From positions 9,912,839 through 9,976,838 of the forward strand of contig CM119269.1 of NCBI GenBank assembly GCA_051294375.1: a stretch of DNA of 64,000 nt, given 5' to 3'. The notes under the pieces were generated by a model. The model did no database searches. It had not been told where the DNA came from and was given only the letters and a program-made list of their open reading frames with translations. The stretch is from Paraspadella gotoi. Its lineage: Eukaryota; Animalia; Chaetognatha. A program made the translations under genes and the position numbers. Positions 13,330 to 23,590 of the stretch are shown in pieces; position 1 is the stretch's first letter; each line of letters begins with the position of its first letter.

Positions 13330-16300
13330 TTATAGTAAACCCCCAAAATCTTTGAGGTCAACACTTTCTCCCCTTTCCTTAGATTCATTCTCTTTTCTCT
13401 TAATCGCTATTTTCTTAAGAATTTCCACATCTTTCTTCAAAGTCGTCATCTCGTCCTTTATTTCAATGAGTCTCATGACAATTTTATTAGATTCGTTTGT
13501 CTTCTCTCTGGAATCATTGCTCTGATAGTTTTCTTCGTTCTCTACTTCGTCTTTGTTCAAATTCTGATGCAGCAACTTTTCCCAATTTCTGATAAACTCC
13601 ACCCAATCGAAAATGGGGTTGTCAATTTTGGCCGTTCGCTCTACGTCATCTTTCGAGTTTTGATCACCGGATGTAGTGGTGTTAATTCCGTTAGTTTTTG
13701 AGACACCCCCGTCAATCAAAACGCCATCTCTAGGAATGTCAACAGGAAGTGCCCGAAGATGCAGAGTGGAGGAAGTAAATCGTTCTCCACCCCAGTTGGA
13801 ATAGGATATTTTAATCTTTCTTTTCCTACAACAAGTTTTGTTAAAAATGAGGAGACAAAAAGCCGGAATGTCTATGAACAGCGAAAGCGGGATGGGAAGA
13901 ATCGCTCTCTTGTAATATTCAAAGATGACATTCTTGCGATAAATGTTCCAGTTTTTGTCGGCTTTGCTCTGCACTCGATCGATGCTGTACTGAAAGATGG
14001 CGATCATAAGATTGAGCAAAAGCACAACCGTGATGAGGACGTATATGATTCTGATGAATGGAACGGCGAGCTTGATCACGATCACCCTGTATTGGTAGCG
14101 ATCAAGATCGATCGCTGTGAAATTCGCTCTGTTTAAGACAGATTCGTCGGGAAGATATTCTTCAAAATCCTCGATGAAACTCTCGCCAAACAGATGCCAA
14201 AAGGGATGCGCCATGAGATCGTCGAGAAAGTAGACTATGTCTGACAGGTGCACGTTCCACAGAAAGTCGACGACAGATGCCACGGAGGTGGAATTGACGT
14301 CTCGATTTTCTAAGAAATCCGGCGACACGGTGCGGACGAGCGCTTTGAGCCAAACGGAGTAGGAAATGGAAAAGATGAGGATGTAGAGGAGAATCCGACC
14401 GACGTCGTCCAACATCAAACGGATCATGATGAGTTTGGGTCCGAGTGTTTTGCTCACGGCGAATATTTGTAGAATGCGTAGGAACCAAAGGACGAAGTAA
14501 ATGGAATAGAGATTTAAGACGGAAATGAATGAAGAATCGGAATTAGTAAAAGACGCAAATGCGTAGATCGTCCCTCGATAGATCAATATCGCCATCATGT
14601 AGACAAAGAGGAAAATATCTATTCTGTTCCAAAACGAGTCCAAATATTCTTTGAACCGATTTCCAGTGGAGAATCCCTTTTGGTTCTTGTCCACGTCGCC
14701 GTGATAGAACTGCTTGAATTCGTGAGCGCAGAATGAGATCCAATACCCAATGACCAACAATTCGGTTTGTGAGGGAGTCTCGCGTGAGAAATTAGGATCG
14801 GCTGATAAAATTAAGTAAGCGTAGAGAGAGAGGTAAAGAAAAAAGGAACAGACGTGAAGGGTGAATTTAGTTTCGGGAGTATCGAGGAAGACGAAGGAGT
14901 TGGTGAGACAATCACGAAGAAAATTGGGTGAATCTTCGGGATGTAGTTCGTCGTGAATGACATCCATACTGATTCCGAGTTGCAACAAACGAAGGGATTC
15001 TTTTCTGGTCACGCGATATAACATTTTTTTGTCAAGATCTTCGTCAGTTTTTAAAACAGCTTTAAATTCTGAATACGGTTGTCTGAATTTGAGCTTCTTG
15101 AAGCTAATCATGACAATAAATAGAAGGAGAGCGGCGAAAGCAAGGGGCAAGCCAGTCAACCGAACCGACGGATGAGTAGAGGAAGAGAAAAGGACGATTC
15201 CGGCGAGAAAAGTGAAGAAGGCAAAACAGGCGATGATGCGGTAGAAAAATGGACCCCAATCGCTCAAGGTGCATCTTTGCCAGATGTTGTCCAGATGGGA
15301 GATGCAGACTGGATTTGCCAGGAAATTAGCGTTTTCATCATCCTTTGTGGCGATTTGAAGGATGGAAAGATTTCCTCTAGATTCCATCGTTCGCAGAATC
15401 AAAAACTTTGTGCGAGTTTGACTTCTGTCAAAGCAATTGGCAAGAAGCAACGATGCCTGATCTTCATAGTAATTTGCATAAACGGATCGAGCTTCGTTGG
15501 TCTTTTCATCGGTCAATGGTAGCGTCATCATGGATTTGAGGAAGCTGCTGGCGATTAGCGCATTTGCTATGGGGAAATCACAAAACCTCCAGAAATAATT
15601 GGCGAGAGAGTAATGCTTGTAAAGCGCTGACCAGATAAAGAGATGAAAAAGGAAATCAAAATCTTGATCTCTAATCATTTCCTTTCGTTTTTCATCAGTG
15701 ATTGAAAGAATTTGCTCCGCTAAATGATTTATCCCATGAATGTCTTCTATTTCAGCCTCACAAAAATCTTCGACCAGATTCAGAGTTATTTTGTCAGAAT
15801 TATATAATTCTCGAAAATGCTTGCTCTCAAACTTGTTGAACAGATAGGGTTTATACTTTGCAAGCATTTCCACAAATTTTACATTTCCGCGTTTCATGTA
15901 GGAAACCATGCAATCAGCCAGGTCCTCGTTGCTGAAATGTATATCATTCAGCAATTTCGAAGCGTGATTGAGGCAATCCCATTTTTGACAAAGTTTAAGA
16001 GCGTCTTTTTCCAAATTTTCTTTGCCAATTTGAAGAAAACCATCGAGCACGAGGCGGTGGATTTCGATCTGATCCAAATTTTGCGATTCCGTGACCACAA
16101 TACTTTTAAAATATGTGAGACACTTGGTGAAAAATTCCGATTTTGTATGAATCGACGATGGATAAGAAATATTTATAGTTTTTTTGACGCTTTCGATCGT
16201 TTCTCCAGTGACTTCACTGGCGGAATTCTGCAACAACACAATTATTGAAGCCAACGCATCGGCCAAACCTCCAGAACCTTTGACGACGATGCAAGGAATC

Positions 16301-17316
16301 TTTGCTTCCAACAGATCGACTAAACTCCTCAGTGTCCTTTTCCCTCCTCCAAAGAGCAACGTGACCCGAGGCACTGTGAGATTTTTAAAGTATTGCTTTC
16401 TGAAGGTATCACCATTGCTGTTAGTTTGATCCACCGCAATAAAGTGAGTGTTGTTTTCACAGAGAGGGAAGCTTTGATTCTCGTTATCAAAAGAGACGTT
16501 CTCTATGTTGTTTCCATCATCATCTACAACAGCTCCATCTAATCCTCGCACTTCTTCTAAATCGTACACATCCCCTTTCTCAATCCTCTCCCGCCCAGTG
16601 ATGTTCCTCCAAGTGCAGATCCCCAAACTGGTCGTCTGAACGTTGAGCTCTTCGTTTTCAATGCTGTTTCGTTCGGCATTGAGTTCCGCAAGGGCTTCGT
16701 TGACGACAGAATTGAATGGAGTCGCGTAGCCTTCATTGAGGACCCACGTGTTCTTTGTCATGCAGAAGAGGGACTTGACGACCGACTTCAGATGTACAGA
16801 GAAGACGCTTGGAGGTTTAAAGTGGCCGACGACGTTTACGACTAGACGTGGACGTCGGAGGTCACATCCATCCTTGCTGTGGAGGAAGTCGGAGACTAGT
16901 TCAAAGCACCTCTTGTCAACATCAAGTTGGCGTTGCTTTTTGGCATCAGGTGGGCGCAGCTCATTTGAGTTTGATTGTGGCTTACAGGCCTCCGTTGGGT
17001 GTCTCTCGGTGGCGTCAAGTTGGTGTGGCGCAGTGATGTCACCGCAGAGGCGAAGGAGTTTCGATGGTTTCGTTGGGCAAAACTTGGACCGGAATTTGAC
17101 AAGGTGCCTCGTCGGGGGGATAACGGGGGGTAACTCCGCAGAAGCGCCGCCTTGAGGGGACGGCAAAGCGGCGTAAACTGACTGTGAGTCCGAAGTCGGC
17201 GTGGGATTGACCTCGTCAGCGCCGCTGGTCTCATCTTTTGGCAGCAGCGCAGCGCGTTCCGCCGAGGTTGCGTCGTCGTCGTCGTTGTTGTTGTCGTTGT
17301 TGTGTTTCATTTCCAT
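13330..17316 (-). CDS. TRPM: Intronless TRPM (melastatin)-family cation channel, 1328 aa, nested in a host intron
   Basis: MHR1/2 (SLOG) motifs PRLVVNVVG, LGICTW, NNTHFIAVD, LFGGG, IPCIVVKGSGGLAD. MHR4 motifs LFIWSAL, ANALIAS. TM motifs PETKF, FWNRID, LRILQIFAVSKTLGPKLIMI, PFWHLFGE, LLLNLMIAIF. TRP box WNIYR..EY..ILPIP and a C-terminal coiled coil. No NUDT9-H or alpha-kinase tail. Confidence 0.95.
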   Translation of the reverse strand: MEMKHNNDNNNDDDDATSAERAALLPKDETSGADEVNPTPTSDSQSVYAALPSPQGGASAELPPVIPPTRHLVKFRSKFCPTKPSKLLRLCGDITAPHQLDATERHPTEACKPQSNSNELRPPDAKKQRQLDVDKRCFELVSDFLHSKDGCDLRRPRLVVNVVGHFKPPSVFSVHLKSVVKSLFCMTKNTWVLNEGYATPFNSVVNEALAELNAERNSIENEELNVQTTSLGICTWRNITGRERIEKGDVYDLEEVRGLDGAVVDDDGNNIENVSFDNENQSFPLCENNTHFIAVDQTNSNGDTFRKQYFKNLTVPRVTLLFGGGKRTLRSLVDLLEAKIPCIVVKGSGGLADALASIIVLLQNSASEVTGETIESVKKTINISYPSSIHTKSEFFTKCLTYFKSIVVTESQNLDQIEIHRLVLDGFLQIGKENLEKDALKLCQKWDCLNHASKLLNDIHFSNEDLADCMVSYMKRGNVKFVEMLAKYKPYLFNKFESKHFRELYNSDKITLNLVEDFCEAEIEDIHGINHLAEQILSITDEKRKEMIRDQDFDFLFHLFIWSALYKHYSLANYFWRFCDFPIANALIASSFLKSMMTLPLTDEKTNEARSVYANYYEDQASLLLANCFDRSQTRTKFLILRTMESRGNLSILQIATKDDENANFLANPVCISHLDNIWQRCTLSDWGPFFYRIIACFAFFTFLAGIVLFSSSTHPSVRLTGLPLAFAALLLFIVMISFKKLKFRQPYSEFKAVLKTDEDLDKKMLYRVTRKESLRLLQLGISMDVIHDELHPEDSPNFLRDCLTNSFVFLDTPETKFTLHVCSFFLYLSLYAYLILSADPNFSRETPSQTELLVIGYWISFCAHEFKQFYHGDVDKNQKGFSTGNRFKEYLDSFWNRIDIFLFVYMMAILIYRGTIYAFASFTNSDSSFISVLNLYSIYFVLWFLRILQIFAVSKTLGPKLIMIRLMLDDVGRILLYILIFSISYSVWLKALVRTVSPDFLENRDVNSTSVASVVDFLWNVHLSDIVYFLDDLMAHPFWHLFGESFIEDFEEYLPDESVLNRANFTAIDLDRYQYRVIVIKLAVPFIRIIYVLITVVLLLNLMIAIFQYSIDRVQSKADKNWNIYRKNVIFEYYKRAILPIPLSLFIDIPAFCLLIFNKTCCRKRKIKISYSNWGGERFTSSTLHLRALPVDIPRDGVLIDGGVSKTNGINTTTSGDQNSKDDVERTAKIDNPIFDWVEFIRNWEKLLHQNLNKDEVENEENYQSNDSREKTNESNKIVMRLIEIKDEMTTLKKDVEILKKIAIKRKENESKERGESVDLKDFGGLL

Positions 17317-17887
17317 ATTTCGCTTTTTGTCTTGAAGCTAAACAAAATGGCAACTCTCATCCACAAGCAATTTACAATTTACAATTTACAATAAAATCAT
17401 AATTTTATTAAATTTAGATAAAAAAAATTTAATATATTTTTCTACGTTAACTTTAACATTAGTTTAGTTTGTTCCATAGATACGGGGTATAAATTGCGGT
17501 AGAACAGTTGATGATTTATAGAATTGATTAATGTCAATGAATAACTTTTCCCGAAAGTTTTCGCTATGATTTGATTAATTGCGAAACTTTTTTCGATTCA
17601 TTGTGTTATGAGATTAGCAAAGAGAATTTGTTTTTATTTCGACAACGATTTTATCTTTAACACAAAACAGACATATTTCGGATTTTATCAGGGCTTTGAT
17701 TTAATTGACACACTAATCGAATTTTCGTCGATCAAAATAAGCAGTTGCTTTTCATATCGATTGCAAATTTGTCCAAACAGAACCGGTTTTGAGAATCTTA
17801 CTGTCTTTCCTTTAAAAACCTGTTTATAACTGGAGAAAACTGTCTTCTGTCTCTCTCTCTCTCTCTCTCTCCCTCTCGCAAACTCAC

Positions 17888-18041
17888 ATTAAAGCTTTCG
17901 AACGCACTGATGGTAAGGCCACCCCGTTGCCACTCCTTCCCCTGATTGCCACTCGTCTCCCACTCGCTAATGGGCGTGGACGAAGAGATGTGACGCGCGG
18001 AGACGCGAAGCGATTTCACGTGATTCCCGTACATGTTGTAC
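17888..18041 (-). CDS. MAM/LDLa gene exon
   Basis: Encodes (W)YNMYGNHVKSLRV..EWETSGNQGKEWQRGGLTISAFESFN; caag/gtgagt; phase 2 to 0. It joins 12624-12801 in frame. Confidence 0.92.
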
Positions 18042-18109
18042 CTTGGGGGAGATTTGGGGTGGTTAGGGAAGTTGGTGGTCAGAGGGATGGTGGTTGGCCA
18101 AGCCTAGGA

Positions 18110-18348
18110 GGCCTTATTTTCCCTTTTTATCTAAAATTCGGAATTAGATTATTTTTTTTAATTAGAAATAAGGTTAAAGGTTAGGATTAGAGATTAGGTT
18201 AAAGAATAGGTTAGTGATTAAGGTTAGTGATTTGGTTTTTTTTATTAGAGTTAGAGATTTGAGTTAGGGATAAGAATTAGAGATTGGTTTATAAGTTTAA
18301 AATTATATTTAGGTTAAACGAAATGGGCCCTTTTCGGAAAAGAGAGCC
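18110..18348. mobile_element. MITE-like element with internal degenerate TTAGGG-type array (other copies ~20570-20797, 21713-22317, 29429-29629, 37495-37753)
   Basis: Five loci share imperfect terminal inverted repeats (ggc..ttttcc..gccccatttcg / cgaaatggggc..ggaaaa..gcc) around ttaggg/ttagag/ttaagg-like repeats. Confidence 0.6.
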
Positions 18349-19223
18349 GGAAAGGTTTTGTGGGCGGGAGATAAGCGGAAAGGAAAAGATAGAGAGAAGA
18401 AAGAAATTGAAAGGAATAAAAATGATAGACAGAAGAAAAAAAAGAAAAGAAGGCAAAGAGAGGAGAAAAGAAAAAGAAAGAAAAAAATTAATAAAATAAA
18501 ACTAAAAAAAAATGTTATTGTTTAGAAATAAATCTAGGACTCAGTCACTCGTTATGAGTCGCTTTATCTTTCAGGACATCGACTCCTTTTTTTATAAAAC
18601 TGATTCTGATAACAATAGATAATTATTATTTATTCAAAAGTAAATAGCGGTAGATGAATTTGTTTCCTTGTGATTACGAATAAACATGATAATACAAAAT
18701 ATGTAGATTTAATATTCGACATCTTGGCACAGAGAAAGGACAGAACAGGATTGAGTTACATAGACAGAGCCGGTCTAAAAGGTAAGTAAATAGAAGCTGA
18801 ATAACTGGAAGCAGCCCTGACGGTTTAGTATGGAATCTGCCGGTTTCTGATGACTTTAAAGGAAACAAAAGACGTTCAAATAAAGGGTAAAAGATTCTAT
18901 TAAATATTGGCTGACTTCTAAAATCTAATTTGTAATAAATCCCCTGTGGCGATATCGATAAAGGCGATGTATTATGATCGATGAGTCCCGGGTTCGAGAC
19001 TCGATGTTAAGACATTATTAATAAGTGTTATAAGAAGATTTTATGGCTCTGGATTAATTATTTTAAATAAAGATTATATTAATTTTATTTCCAAGGGATT
19101 GGAAGCTACAAATATCACAAACAGGGAGATTAGTTCGATAATTTTCAATAGCAATTTTAAAAGGTTTCATTTTAACTCGCTTAATTGTAACCACCCTGTT
19201 TCACGCCCTCGTTTTCACTGTAC

Positions 19224-19341
19224 CAAAAAGTGAAGCAATATCGGCCCGTGTCGCCAACTTCGGTAAAAGTCTGTGAAATGAGAGTCGCGGTTTTGTTTAT
19301 CAGTTGTGAATTGCCGTTGGATTCCAGGTAGAGGTAGTAAC
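19224..19341 (-). CDS. MAM/LDLa gene exon
   Basis: Encodes (G)YYLYLESNG..TATLISQTF..YCFTF(W); gcag/gtacag; phase 1 to 2. Confidence 0.9.
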
Positions 19342-20151
19342 CTGCGGGTTTATTTGAAAGCGTCATTTGTGAATAAATATATACCGCTACGCCAACTTTT
19401 TCTCTGCTTACCTCTCCTTCTTTCTATCTCTCTCTCTCTCTTTCACTTTCACACTTTCTCTCAACAATCATCATTTTCTTTACCAACAATAACAACCACA
19501 AAAAAACCGCAAAAACAACAACAACAACAGCAATAACGCCGACCCCATTAATCGCGTGGGTTCCATCAGATTCTCACGCTTCTATTCACATTCACATTTC
19601 GAGACTCGAATCTTCCCTCCCGCCCACGATTGCGCTACAACTCGGAAAATAACAACGACAACAACAACAACAACAACAACAACAGCAACGAACTACCAAA
19701 ACGTATATTGCTCCTTTGCTCCCTTTATTTATAGAAGACCCATACTGACATTCCTGTCCGAAAAAAAAGTAAATTTTTTTTCAGATTTAGTGAATAAAAA
19801 AAAGTTGGCAATAAAAAATACATATTTAAAATGAATAAAATGATTTTTATTCAATATTTTTTAATCGAAAACTTAAAATAGTGAAAAAAGAAATTTTGAA
19901 AATTTCATTATGATATACATAATAATAATGTAATTTTTTTTTTTAATTTGTTTCACTTAATACTGAAAAAAAATGTTTTTAAAAAACTTTATTTTCAAAA
20001 AGCCATTGAAGATAAAAGCCAATTCGCTTTAAAAATAAAACTTAGTTTAAAACATTTAAAATTTAAAATTTTTTTCGGTTCCAACTTCGATGATTACTTT
20101 TCACGTTTCTCAACTTTGACTGGTTTTTCCTTGAGAAAGTACCGCCCAAGA

Positions 20152-20206
<55 letters not shown>

Positions 20207-20227
20207 CTCCCTCCCTCTCCCTCTCAC

Positions 20228-20365
20228 CAAATTCCGAATTGGTGGTGTGATCTCTTGTGGGTCCCGTGCCCACGGTGTGAGTGGCCCCGCGATGTCTCGT
20301 CCAATCAACGTCGTCGTCTTGACTTTGTTGCCACAAACAGAATCCCTCTTCGAAGTTGCACCCAC
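20228..20365 (-). CDS. MAM/LDLa gene exon: MAM start
   Basis: Encodes GCNFEEGFCLWQQSQDDDVDWTRHRGATHTVGTGPTRDHTT; tgcag/gtgag; phase 1-1. Confidence 0.93.
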
Positions 20366-21761
20366 CTGCAGAAAGGGGGAGAGGGTGAGGAGAGGAAGGG
20401 AGGAAAAGGGTAAGTGAGGCTAGCAAAGGGTCAAATCGTTCCGATTGTGGAGCGGGGTTAGTTATAAAAGTTGAAGTAATAGGATTCAGAAAAAAATTTT
20501 ACATACACATTACCATTAGTTTAAACTTGAGGGTAAGTTTTAAACTAATTCTCGCGAGAAAAACAAATTGGCATCATAATCTCAGAGGCTCAACATTTAT
20601 GTTACTTATTCCCTTAACTTAATCTTAGCGGTTAAGCCCTTTTTTCAACCAAATCCATTTAAGCTAATCCTCAACTTAAAATCTCTCATATGTTATACCT
20701 CATATCTTACACTAACCACTAACCAATTTTTAAACCATAAAAAACCAACTTCGTTCCGAATTCAAGATGAAACGGGGATCTTTTGGAAAATATGGCCAGT
20801 AAAGGATGGAAATATGAGATGGGTGGAGTCGGGGGGAGGAGGACGAAGATTGAATGTTGTGTTGTTATGATGAGATGACACAATTTGACAAAAGATTCTG
20901 TGATGAATTCCTGTCCATTATCATTTTATGATATCGGAAAGTCAGTGAGACCTCGAGGTTATTTGTAGTAGAATGTGTCCGAATGGTACTGTCCGTTAAT
21001 ACAAGCTTACTGCTCCTATACCAGAACAAAAATTTGAATTAATTATCACTATAACACCATTATTTATAGATTAGATAATCTTTGAAATCATTTATTTAGG
21101 CATATACGCAGGACAATAAGAAACAACCTCATATTTTTAGCTACAAGACTTTTATAATGAATTACTACTTCTTTTTAAAATTATCTACTTACCTTGTTCA
21201 ATTTTTCAATTTTTTAATTGATTTAATCATAATCTATTGAATGAATACCAATACTGAATAGCAACCATTTTGTTCCCGCTTAATTATTCAATCGATCACT
21301 ACTTGAAATAATCAAATTTTAGTATTAAGATAATTAGCATATTTTTTATATGCGATTTTTAAAATGCTTGGCAATAAGAAACCACATTTTTTTTATTATA
21401 GTCGAGCGCTACAGGGTCACGATCAACCGCTAAATAAAATGAGCGAATTTTCCTCCCAGGGACCTCAGCTGCAACCAGAAAAGATTTTACTTTTTCAACA
21501 AAAAAAAATTGTCATTTAAAAATTTTTCAGTCAGAATAAAATGGATGAAGTTTTAAAATATTTTTCGTCGTCAAAAGGAGACGACAACGACAACGACGAC
21601 GACGACGACGACGCACGACGGAACACCCTTCATGTCGCTCCTTTAATTATTCGTTGTTGTTGTTGTTGTTGTTTTCAAGTGTTCACCCAAATATCTCCGG
21701 GTTGTCCTTTACGGCCTTATTTTCCATGAACGCCCCATTTTATCCTAAATTAAAGGTTAAT

Positions 21762-22026
21762 TTTTTAGTTGCGCCGCGAGTACTCCTGGAGCAACTCTAT
21801 AAATCACTTTTGGGAGGGTCGGTCGGTCGGTCTGTCCCACTTAAGTTAAAAATGCATATAATTTGCCTATAGTTGGTATCTCATTCGTTAATTCCTAAAA
21901 CTATACGGAATAAAATACAGCTAATAAAGTTATTGTCATGTCATGTCACGTCATATCATGTCCCAAAAAATACACATGATAAAAGAGTCACTGTGGCGCA
22001 ACATATTTGAATGACCGTTCTTGTTA
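21762..22026 (+). mobile_element. DINE/Helentron-associated (HINE)-like short interspersed element nested in the MITE; partial inverted copy at ~41437-41536
   Basis: ttttagttgc..gcaactcta hairpin, (gtcg)n microsatellite and (gtcat)n. The 3' block 'tttgaatgaccgttcttgttaa' matches the reverse complement of 41437-41460. Confidence 0.5.
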
Positions 22027-22515
22027 AGTTAGAGATTAAAGTAAAATATTAGAGTAAAAGATTAGAATAATGATTAGGTTAGTGATTAAGGTTAGGGCCT
22101 TGGATTGTGATTAGGGTTAGGGATTGAGGTTCGGGACTAGCATTTATGGTTTAGGGTTGAGGATTAGGTTAGAGTTAGGGATTAAGGATACGGATTAGGG
22201 TTAGGGATTAGTTTATAAAATTAAAAAATACAATTTAATTCAAATATTAAATTAAATATTAAATATCAAATTCTAAGAAAAACGAAGATAAAAGAGGCAC
22301 TCTCGGAAAAGAGCGCCGCCCAAATGAGGACATTTGTGGTCGTGTGAGTCGCGACGAAAGAATAGTTCAGAAGACGATGACGACGATAATAACGACGACG
22401 ATAATAGTGACAAGGACGACGACGGTAAACAACAACAACGACAACAACAAGCAACGACAGAATTCTTTGCCAGCTCAAACAGTACAAACCGTTGAGAGTT
22501 GGGTAATATATTGAT

Positions 22516-22573
<58 letters not shown>

Positions 22574-23289
22574 AGAGAGAGAAGAAGAGGTCAGAGTCAA
22601 TTTTCAATTCCATGAAGCTCTTTAAATAAACTTAAAATATGAGTTAGATAATAAGAAAAAACCTAAGATTGTTAATTTCAATAATTCATGGCATTTGTAC
22701 ATTCATTCAACCTCTCCATAACTTAATATTGTCAAATGCAAGCATCAGGTTTTTCTTCACTGCGCTGCTGCTGCCCACCAATGCTGCAACCAATGACGCT
22801 CTTTCGATACCAACGCCCTCTCCCCCCCGTCTTCTAGACGCCACCGCTTTGCTCATTAAGAAAATAATTAGATCGATTTTTTATTCTTTTTTCTTTTTTA
22901 ATATTTAGGATTTAATTACATCGCGAAAAGAAAAAAAAACATTTTTTTTCTTATTTCGCCTTAAAATTTTTCATTGATTCCACATTTTCTATTTATCTCC
23001 AGATTTAATTCAAAGATTTTCTTTCTTTTTTTTCGTTTCCCGCTGTTTTATTTATTTTCGTTTTTTATTAAATTTTCTTTTTACACACTTTATTTATTTA
23101 TTTATTTATTTATTTATTTTTCAATAAATTTTATTTTTTTTATCCTTGGAATTGGAAAAGAAAAATTCGTTTTCCTCGGCCGATTTTTTTTCTCGGCAAA
23201 TCCGCCGGTTATCCTATTACCGATTGGCATATTTCCTAAAATATTTTATATTTTTTTCCGTCAAATGGAAATCATACATTTTCGACCGA

Positions 23290-23590
23290 TCACTATCCTC
23301 CAAGCCACAGTACTAAGTCTACTGTCAGCTCATAATCTACTCCATTGATGCGACTCAAATTTCTAATTTCCAGCACTTCTACTATTACTCTTGGAGATTT
23401 CCAGCAGTTTGGCTTCGCATTTACAGTTCCACCACTTCGACTCCTCGTTCTGATTTCCATGGTACTTCCACTCCTATTCAAAATTTCCACAACTTCAACT
23501 CCTCTTTAAGGATTTCCTCCACTTCGGCGCCTATTCCATGATTCCACTACTTCGTCTCTTCTTTCAGAATTCCACTACTTCGACTTTCGC
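23290..23590. repeat. Degenerate ~30-bp minisatellite (atttccactacttcgactc..)
   Basis: Recurring ttcca(c/g)..acttc units about every 30 bp. Confidence 0.6.

Noticed and set aside
22060-22210. True telomere or chromosome fusion site
   Set aside because: The repeats are short, highly degenerate and enclosed by MITE-like TIRs.
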